From positions 1-27,297 of IMG/VR virus record IMGVR_UViG_3300027805_000068: a stretch of 27,297 nucleotides of DNA; one strand, 5' to 3'. The translations under genes were made by a program, and so were the position numbers. Shown here in pieces: positions 1 to 6,656 of this stretch. This DNA comes from a virus. Taxonomy: Duplodnaviria; Caudoviricetes. Position 1 is the stretch's first letter. Each line of letters begins with the position of its first letter. The notes beneath the pieces were generated by a model. It was given only the letters and a program-made list of their open reading frames with translations. It had not been told where the DNA came from and did no database searches.

Positions 1-2
1 CG

Positions 3-893
3 GCTCCGGCCGCAGCGGCAGTTGGTTTGATTATGGGCGGAACTGATGCTGTCGCAAGAAGTAGCCTCATTCAGTACATAGATATTGCGACTACAGGAAA
101 TGGTAGTGATTTCGGAGATTTGCTTGCGGCAATCAACGACCCCGGCGTATGTTCGTCTAGTACCCGATCAGTTATTGGTGGTGGATTTTTACAATCTACA
201 AGACAAAATGTTATTCAGTACATTGAATTTTCAACGACTGGATCAACAGCAGATTTTGGAGATTTGATTGCAGCTAACAACGGGTTAACTGCGTGTTCTT
301 CAAGCACAAGAGGTGTATTTGCTGGCGGAAGCATTCCCGGTAACACTAATGTAATTCAATATGTAACGATTGCTTCCACTGGAAATGCAACGGACTTTGG
401 TGATTTGTTAGTGGCAAACGGCGGTCTTGCTGCTTGTGCTTCCACCACTCGCGGTATTTTTGCCGGTGGATTTACAAGTGTTGCTGTAAACGTCATCCAA
501 TATATCACTATTGCATCTGCTGGAAATTCAACTGACTTTGGCGATTTAACGGTTGCTAGGAGGGCTCTTGCCGGTTGTTCGTCTAGCACTACGGGAATAT
601 TTGGCGGTGGAGTTTCTGGCGCAACTCAATACAACACCGTTGACTACATCACTATTGCTTCTGCTGGAGATGCTACAGACTTTGGAGATTTAATAGCCGC
701 AGCACATTCTCTTTCTGCTTGCTCCTCTACAACACGAGGAATTTTTGCTGGTGGAGAATTAGCCGCGTCTGCACCAACCAATGTTATTCAATACGTTACT
801 ATTGCATCTGCTGGAAATACCACTGATTTTGGCGATTTAATGCAACCTTTAAGGCAATTAGCCGCCTGCTCAAACGCCCACGGAGGACTCTAA
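3..893 (+). CDS. Kelch-like six-repeat beta-propeller protein, probable tail fibre/receptor-binding or virion surface protein (5'-truncated)
   Basis: Frame is open from position 3 (APAAAAVGLIMGG...), so the true start probably lies upstream of the window. Six ~47-49 aa repeats of STRG(I/V)FAGG...NVIQY(I/V)TIAS.GN..DFGDL......(A/G)CSS with the Kelch-like GG dipeptide; located upstream of lysis/tail genes. Confidence 0.75.
   Translation, partial: APAAAAVGLIMGGTDAVARSSLIQYIDIATTGNGSDFGDLLAAINDPGVCSSSTRSVIGGGFLQSTRQNVIQYIEFSTTGSTADFGDLIAANNGLTACSSSTRGVFAGGSIPGNTNVIQYVTIASTGNATDFGDLLVANGGLAACASTTRGIFAGGFTSVAVNVIQYITIASAGNSTDFGDLTVARRALAGCSSSTTGIFGGGVSGATQYNTVDYITIASAGDATDFGDLIAAAHSLSACSSTTRGIFAGGELAASAPTNVIQYVTIASAGNTTDFGDLMQPLRQLAACSNAHGGL
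30..875 (+). repeat. Six tandem ~141-147 nt coding repeats (DFGDL blades)
   Basis: DFGDL occurs six times at regular spacing; nucleotide motif gaYttYggNgatttR repeats. Confidence 0.9.
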
Positions 894-1723
894 TGGACTT
901 AGTTGCTCACACCCCGTATTCCAACTTGCCGGTAGCAAAGCCGGAGTACAACTTGATGTTGAAGAACATCGAGGACCGGATGCCCGCCGTTGTTCAGGAT
1001 ACGAGCAACTTCCACAAGTCGCACTCGCAGTTCATGCAGGTGACGTTGGACGTTACGGCTATCACGCCGATCCGCTCCATCAAGCACACGTTGGCCGAGA
1101 TTGAGCGCACCAAGATGGCGCTGCAAGAGGCGTACATCAACCTGAAGAAAAAACAGATTGAGAAGCGCCGCAAGGAAGCTCAGTTGCCCAACGTCAACGA
1201 CGAGTTTGACCGCGAGATGCTGGAAGTGGAGATCATGGAGATTAACACGCACACCGAGAATGCCCAGAACGCGGTGCATGGTGCGGTGCGTAAGATGAAC
1301 TTCCTCGTGAACCAGCACAAGAACCTGCTGGAGAAGGTTGGCAAGGACCAGATCACCGAAGAAGACTACGAGCGCGAAGAAGCTCGGTATCACATCATGA
1401 CCTGCATGAAGCAGGCGTTGAACGCGGCTCGTAGCCGTGGTGGTGCTATCGACGAAGGCAACCTGATCTACCTGTTTGACCTTGGTATCAACGCTGCTCA
1501 AGCCCAAGCCGAAGTCATTGCGTACTTGCGTGTTGAGGCTGAGTTGATTGAGCAAGGCAAGGCCCCGACGCACGAGATGACTCTGCGCTGGCTGGAGGCT
1601 TGTGCCGATAAGTGGCAGGACGATCCGTCCAAGTTTGCCGCCCGTCGTGGTTTTGAGGTGTTTGACCGCTCTTCGCTGACCAATGCTCTTCCGGCTCCGG
1701 TCAAGGAACCCGAGGCAGCGTAA
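893..1723 (+). CDS. Phage hypothetical protein with central coiled coil
   Basis: 276 aa; TAATG stop/start overlap at both ends; charged helical stretch (LAEIERTKMALQEAYINLKKKQIEKRRKE); C/G-ending codon bias. Confidence 0.8.
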   Translation: MDLVAHTPYSNLPVAKPEYNLMLKNIEDRMPAVVQDTSNFHKSHSQFMQVTLDVTAITPIRSIKHTLAEIERTKMALQEAYINLKKKQIEKRRKEAQLPNVNDEFDREMLEVEIMEINTHTENAQNAVHGAVRKMNFLVNQHKNLLEKVGKDQITEEDYEREEARYHIMTCMKQALNAARSRGGAIDEGNLIYLFDLGINAAQAQAEVIAYLRVEAELIEQGKAPTHEMTLRWLEACADKWQDDPSKFAARRGFEVFDRSSLTNALPAPVKEPEAA

Positions 1724-2448
1724 TGCACCTGTTCGTCGGCACTCCCTGTTATGGCGGCATGATGTGTACCGAATACACGCAGTCGCTATTGGGCTTGAAA
1801 GAAGCCTGCATCAAAAACAACCTAGAACTAACTTGCATGTTCTTGGGTAACGAGTCTTTGATTCAGCGGGGTCGCAACACGATTGCTCACGAGTTCTTGA
1901 AGACCAATGCCTCGCATCTGATGTTCATTGACGCAGACCAGAAGTTTGTGCCTAACGACATCGCTCGGATGATCAAGGCAGGTAAGGGCATCATTGGTGG
2001 TGCGGTGCCGATGAAGGGCATTAACTGGGATCGGGTGCGGGATGGCGCACACCAGAATCATCCCCGACTTGATTTGCTAACCGGCATTTTTAACGTCAAT
2101 CACCTGCCCGGTCACAGCATGGTAGACCCCAACATTCCCTTCCAAGTGAAGCATGTGGGTACGGGGTTCATGCTGATTGCCCGTGAGGTGTTTGAGAAGT
2201 TAAAGCCTCATGTCGGTTGGTACTTCAAGGACGGCGAGCGGCACTACGACTTCTTCAAGGTGCAGAACGTCAATAACGAATTGCTCTCCGAAGACTACAA
2301 CTTCTGCCACATGTATCGCTCCAATGGCGGTACGGTCTGGTTGGCTCCGTGGTGTGAGCTAGGTCATTTTGGAGCGCATTGTTTTAACGGTAAGTATTCA
2401 GAGGTGAACGCAAATGGCAGTGCACAATTGCATAAAGTATCGGCTTAA
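1723..2448 (+). CDS. Phage GT-A fold (GT2-like) glycosyltransferase / nucleotide-diphospho-sugar transferase
   Basis: N-terminal LFVGTPCYGG, ESLIQRGRN, DxD motif in LMFIDAD, VGTGFMLIAREVF, SEDYNFC catalytic-base motif, terminal LGHFG. Confidence 0.8.
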   Translation: MHLFVGTPCYGGMMCTEYTQSLLGLKEACIKNNLELTCMFLGNESLIQRGRNTIAHEFLKTNASHLMFIDADQKFVPNDIARMIKAGKGIIGGAVPMKGINWDRVRDGAHQNHPRLDLLTGIFNVNHLPGHSMVDPNIPFQVKHVGTGFMLIAREVFEKLKPHVGWYFKDGERHYDFFKVQNVNNELLSEDYNFCHMYRSNGGTVWLAPWCELGHFGAHCFNGKYSEVNANGSAQLHKVSA

Positions 2449-2764
2449 CCCCAACGGCACCGTGCCGTCATTTCTGTGTCTACACCCCGAAGGTGTAGGC
2501 GGCATGTATGGCGTTGCCTCTCCCGGTACGACCCAGCACGATGACACCGTCTTCGTGGGCCTTCAAGAACCCGGCACTTCCGGCGAGTTTGAGGTTGTTC
2601 CGACTCAGGCTGACCTTGAGGCGTATCTGGCCGTGGTTGGTGCGAACTGGACGGAGCTAGTAGACCCGAACGACCCGACTGGAGAAACCAAGCCGTTTGA
2701 TCCGGTCGCTGCCGCGAAGTGGGTGTGGGATCGCAAAGTGGCGCTTGATGCTGCGGGAGCGTAA
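2414..2764 (+). CDS. Hypothetical phage protein (116 aa)
   Basis: SD-like GAGGTG upstream of the ATG; overlaps the GT gene by 35 nt and ends 2 nt before the holin start; fills the operon gap. Confidence 0.75.
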   Translation: MAVHNCIKYRLNPNGTVPSFLCLHPEGVGGMYGVASPGTTQHDDTVFVGLQEPGTSGEFEVVPTQADLEAYLAVVGANWTELVDPNDPTGETKPFDPVAAAKWVWDRKVALDAAGA

Positions 2765-2766
2765 TC

Positions 2767-3252
2767 ATGATGACAATGATCTCAACCTTCCTGTCCTTCT
2801 TGGCAGGTGGGCTACCCAAAATCCTGCAAATCTTCCAAGACCGGCAGGACAAGAAGCATGAGCTAGCTTTGGTCGCTGCTCAAAAGGAGCGTGAGTTGGC
2901 TCTTGCCGAACGAGGCTTCATCGCTCAGGCACGGGTAGAAGAGATCAAGCTGGAGCAGGTGCAGGTTCAGTCCGCAGCCGAAGAGCGCGTAGCCCTGTAT
3001 CAGCACGACATGGAGATTGGCAAAGGCGCAAGCCAGTGGATGATCAACCTCCGCGCCAGCGTCCGTCCGGTCGTGACCTACATCTTCGTACTGGAACTTG
3101 TTGCCATCAACATTGCCGGGGTCTGGTACGCCTACAACACGGGTGTGCCGTTTGCCGCTGCGATGGCAGAAGTGTTCTCGGATGACGAGATGCTGATCCT
3201 GTCTTCAATTATCGCGTTCTGGTTCGGGACACAGGCTTTTGGCAAGAAGTGA
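2767..3252 (+). CDS. Holin (GTA-type 3TM holin-like)
   Basis: N-terminal hydrophobic helix, coiled coil (DKKHEL), W...LRASVRPVVTY followed by two TM segments, C-terminal IIAFWFG...KK; immediately upstream of the lysozyme (GTGA overlap). Confidence 0.8.
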   Translation: MMTMISTFLSFLAGGLPKILQIFQDRQDKKHELALVAAQKERELALAERGFIAQARVEEIKLEQVQVQSAAEERVALYQHDMEIGKGASQWMINLRASVRPVVTYIFVLELVAINIAGVWYAYNTGVPFAAAMAEVFSDDEMLILSSIIAFWFGTQAFGKK

Positions 3253-3737
3253 AAGTCAGCCCCGCTGCCATCCAGATGATCAAGCACCACGAAGGGGTGA
3301 GGACTAAGCCTTACCGCTGCCCGGCGCTTTTATGGACGGTTGGCGTGGGCCACGTGATTGATCCAAAACACACCGCTATCCCATTTAATGAACGCAAAGA
3401 TCTACCGATACCCGCAGGCTGGGACCGGGTTCTCACGATGGACGAGGTGGACCGGATACTTTCTCAAGACCTTGGCCGGTTTGAGCGTGGTGTGGTTCGA
3501 CTTTGCCCTGCTGCTGTTGGCCGTCAGGGAGTCTTTGATTCTCTCGTCAGTTTTGCCTTCAACGTGGGCCTTGGCAATCTCCAACGTTCTTCCCTTCGGA
3601 TGAAGATCAACCGGGGCGAGTTTGAAGAGGCGGCTGACGAGTTCCTGAAATGGACGAAGGCTGGTGGTAAAGTACTGCCGGGATTGGTAAAAAGGCGCAA
3701 CGACGAACGGGCGTTGTACCTGTCAGGGGTTGTCTAA
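3249..3737 (+). CDS. Endolysin, GH24 phage lysozyme (muramidase)
   Basis: IKHHEGVRTKPYRCPALLWTVGVGH carries the E-x8-C/D-x5-T catalytic triad; FDSLVSFAFNVG; KWTKAGGKVLPGLVKRR..E..LYL. Confidence 0.95.
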   Translation: MKVSPAAIQMIKHHEGVRTKPYRCPALLWTVGVGHVIDPKHTAIPFNERKDLPIPAGWDRVLTMDEVDRILSQDLGRFERGVVRLCPAAVGRQGVFDSLVSFAFNVGLGNLQRSSLRMKINRGEFEEAADEFLKWTKAGGKVLPGLVKRRNDERALYLSGVV

Positions 3738-6025
3738 TGCCACTTCAGAAACTAGAACTCCGCCCCGGCGTTAACCGCGAATCAACTAGCTACGCCAACG
3801 AGGGTGGCTTCTTCGCATCCGACAAGGTGCGTTTTCGATCTGGCTACGCTGAAAAACTGGGTGGCTGGCAGAACATTAATTTTGCCTATACGTACAAAGG
3901 TGTAGCGCGATATCTCTGGAACTGGGTAACGGTTGTTGGTCAGAATCTTCTTGGCGTTGGTACTAATCAGAAAGTCTACGTAGAACTGGGCGGTGAGTTT
4001 TACGACATTACCCCACTCGCGTCATCTGTAACTCTTTCTGCTAATCCGTTTAGTACGGTGGCAGGCAGTAAAGCCGTTGAAGTTGGAGCCACTGCACATG
4101 GTACGTCTATCGGTACGTACGTCACTTTTTCAGGTGCGACGGCGGTTGGTAGCCTTACTTTAAACGGTGCGTTTGAGGTTGCTTCAGTCCCAAGCGCCAA
4201 TTCGTATGTCATTTATTCACCCACTGCGGCTGGTTCGACGGCTACGGGTGGCGGCTCTTTAGTCGTTGCTCAATACGATATTGATGCAGGTAATGCTGTC
4301 TATACCACCCAAGTTGGCTGGGGCGGTCCTCCGTGGGGTAGTGGTGGTTGGGGTTCAGCATCTCCTGCTGGCATCCCGATGCGGCTCTGGTCGATGTTTA
4401 ACTACGGCGATGACCTGATATTTGCTGAGCGTAGCGGTGAAATTTATTTTTGGACTAAAGACACTACTACGTGGGCACGAGCGGTATCGCTTGAAGACAA
4501 AGCCAACACGGTAGAGAAGACAGCAACTACGGCTACGGCTGCTTCTGGCGCTGCAACTATTGTGGTGGCTGACGCCACAGGCATTAACACTGGCTCTGTT
4601 GTATCAGGTACGGGCATTCCAACGGGTACTTTTGTAACTGCCGCTTGGACGGGTTCAACGTCTGTCACGCTTTCGGCAGTGATCACGGCCACGCTCACGG
4701 CTTCCGCCGTTTCTTTCAGTTTTGCGGGGCGTCATGTCCCCAACGAAACTAATGTCATCATCGACTCGCCCGTAAACGAATTCACGATTTGTATGGGTTC
4801 GACCCCGTACGACCCGACTAATTTCAACACGGTATTTAATCCGCTTCTTGTACGTTGGTCAGATCAAGGTAATCCGTACGAGTGGGTGCCTGAAGTTACT
4901 AATCAGTCTGGTGAGCAAACTCTGTCTCACGGCTCGTTTATCGTAGCTACGCAGAATACTCGTCAGGAAATTCTAATTTGGACTGATACCGCCATCTTCT
5001 CTATGCAGTACATTGGACCGCCGTTCGTGTGGAACTTTGTACTGTTAGATCAAGATATTTCTATTGCTTCGCAGAATGCAGCGCAAACGGTCAATAACGT
5101 CACGTATTGGATGGGTCGTGACAAGTTCTTCATGTATACGGGTCGCGTAGAAACGCTGCCTTGCACCCTTCGTCAGTTTGTCTATAACGACATTAACTAC
5201 GATCAACTTGATCAAGTTTGCACGGGCAGTAACGAGGGCTTCAATGAAGTCTGGTGGTTCTACCCGTCAGCCAATAGTTTTATTAATGATCGCTATGTGA
5301 TCTATAACTATCTTGAGCGTATTTGGTATTACGGCAATATCAATCGCACGGCGTGGTCCGAGCATACCCAGCGTAACTACCCAATCGCAGCGTTCTCTAT
5401 TCAGACTTCGTATCTAGCTACGTCGATTGATTCATCCATTACGACTATTGCCTTGGTAGATGCTGCAACGTACCCGTTAAGCGGTACGGTTACGATTGAT
5501 TCTGAGCAAATCACATACGCCAACATCGTTAACAATACTCTTACTGGATGCGTACGTGGCGCGAACTCTACCGTGGCTGCGTCTCATACTCAGTACACCG
5601 TTGTCAGTCTCAAGATTCCAAATCAAATCTTGTTGCATGAAGTTGGCAACGATGATGCGTCGGTCAATCCGCCTGTGCCGATTGAAGCGTTTATTGAGTC
5701 GTCAGATTTTGACATCCAAGACGGTCAGAACTTTGGCTACGTCTGGCGCATCCTACCCGACTTAAACTTCACGGGATCAAGTGGGGCCAATCCGTCTGTA
5801 ACGCTGACCGTTAAACCTCGTCAGAATTCAGGCAGTAACTACACCGCTGCCGATACGCCGACCGTTACCCGAACATCGGTAATCCCGATTCAACAGTACA
5901 CTGGTCAGGTCTATACCCGAGTGCGTGGTCGTCAGATGGCGTTCCGTGTGGACTCAACTGATCTCGGTGTGGCGTGGCAGATGGGCATGATGCGTATCGA
6001 CGTTAAACCGGATGGACGCCGATGA
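3737..6025 (+). CDS. Phage tail hub/stabilisation protein (P22 gp10 / tail tubular B-like)
   Basis: 762-aa beta-rich protein with PLLVRWSDQ, NQSGEQTL, EILIWTD, YWMG..KFFMY.G.V..LPC, EVWWFYPS and C-terminal RVRGRQMAFR...W..G.MRID..PDGRR, typical of podophage hub proteins; sits before the ejection genes. Confidence 0.75.
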   Translation: MPLQKLELRPGVNRESTSYANEGGFFASDKVRFRSGYAEKLGGWQNINFAYTYKGVARYLWNWVTVVGQNLLGVGTNQKVYVELGGEFYDITPLASSVTLSANPFSTVAGSKAVEVGATAHGTSIGTYVTFSGATAVGSLTLNGAFEVASVPSANSYVIYSPTAAGSTATGGGSLVVAQYDIDAGNAVYTTQVGWGGPPWGSGGWGSASPAGIPMRLWSMFNYGDDLIFAERSGEIYFWTKDTTTWARAVSLEDKANTVEKTATTATAASGAATIVVADATGINTGSVVSGTGIPTGTFVTAAWTGSTSVTLSAVITATLTASAVSFSFAGRHVPNETNVIIDSPVNEFTICMGSTPYDPTNFNTVFNPLLVRWSDQGNPYEWVPEVTNQSGEQTLSHGSFIVATQNTRQEILIWTDTAIFSMQYIGPPFVWNFVLLDQDISIASQNAAQTVNNVTYWMGRDKFFMYTGRVETLPCTLRQFVYNDINYDQLDQVCTGSNEGFNEVWWFYPSANSFINDRYVIYNYLERIWYYGNINRTAWSEHTQRNYPIAAFSIQTSYLATSIDSSITTIALVDAATYPLSGTVTIDSEQITYANIVNNTLTGCVRGANSTVAASHTQYTVVSLKIPNQILLHEVGNDDASVNPPVPIEAFIESSDFDIQDGQNFGYVWRILPDLNFTGSSGANPSVTLTVKPRQNSGSNYTAADTPTVTRTSVIPIQQYTGQVYTRVRGRQMAFRVDSTDLGVAWQMGMMRIDVKPDGRR

Positions 6026-6621
6026 CCGTTGCTCGCGGTGTAGTGCCACCAAACTTGCCGGTTGCTCCGACTGATTATCAAGTTCGATATCAGGATCAGT
6101 TAACCAACATCCTGCGTTTGTTTTTTAGCCAAATCGCTAATCGGGTTAATTCCCCGACCGCACATGCTTCGTACTTTGACACCACGACGCAGGCGAACCC
6201 GGTAGCCGATGCCGTCAACTTATTTACTTATAACTCGGTTGTTACTCAGCAAGCCGTCATTCGTGGCGTACCCACATCTAGAATATTTGTTGCCCAGACG
6301 GGTATCTATAACTTTCAGTTCTCGGCTCAGTTGGACAAGACTGGCGGCTCGGCTAGTGCGGTTTACATCTGGCCTCGTATTAATGGGGTGAATTTGCCGG
6401 ATTCGGCTACTAAGATTGTCATCGACGGTCCCAACAACGAGATCGTGGCGGCTTGGAACTTTGTGCTTGTGCTAGAAGCCAACGACTACTTTGAGTTGGC
6501 TTGGCAATCTTCCGATACTAACGTGATCATCCCGTATGTAGCGGCAAGTGGGAATATCCCGGCCATTCCGTCCATCATCATGACCGTCACTTGGGTATCG
6601 AACTACGAAGCCAATGAGTGA
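6022..6621 (+). CDS. Tail-associated protein: N-terminal helix plus C1q/TNF-like jelly-roll domain (tail needle/knob candidate)
   Basis: N-terminal LPVAPTDY..RYQDQLTNILRLFF helix; C-terminal pattern SRIFVAQTGIYNFQFSAQL...IW.RING...VLVLEANDYFEL resembles C1q/BclA-CTD; ATGA overlap with the hub gene. Confidence 0.6.
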   Translation: MTVARGVVPPNLPVAPTDYQVRYQDQLTNILRLFFSQIANRVNSPTAHASYFDTTTQANPVADAVNLFTYNSVVTQQAVIRGVPTSRIFVAQTGIYNFQFSAQLDKTGGSASAVYIWPRINGVNLPDSATKIVIDGPNNEIVAAWNFVLVLEANDYFELAWQSSDTNVIIPYVAASGNIPAIPSIIMTVTWVSNYEANE

Positions 6622-6627
6622 TACCAT
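6619..6627 (+). promoter_or_regulatory. Possible extended -10 element (TGaTACCAT) upstream of the ejection-protein genes
   Basis: Matches TGnTAnnnT at the start of the largest intergenic gap (35 nt) of the + strand block; no -35 match. Could be chance. Confidence 0.2.
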
Positions 6628-6656
6628 CTGTACAAATTTAACCCCGTGGGGGGATT

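Noticed and set aside
27-35. TTG at 27 (or ATG at 33) as the true start of the first gene, and likewise ATG at 27275 for the helicase
   Set aside because: Both frames stay open to the window edges and the helicase lacks its Walker A, so both genes are probably truncated by the window.
30-875. Propeller repeats as a DGR target/template pair
   Set aside because: Differences among copies are not adenine-specific and all copies are coding blades.
899-1573. 224-aa antisense ORF
   Set aside because: Lies fully opposite a well-coupled + strand gene; typical shadow of biased codon usage; no recognisable motifs.
3358-3603. 81-aa hydrophobic out-of-frame ORF inside the lysozyme as a possible embedded spanin
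   Set aside because: No Cys or lipobox, no N-terminal signal or TM, TTG start without a convincing SD.
6640-6656. CCCC/GGGG mini-hairpin over the RBS of the 936-aa gene
   Set aside because: A 4-bp stem is too weak to call a regulatory structure without folding or conservation data.
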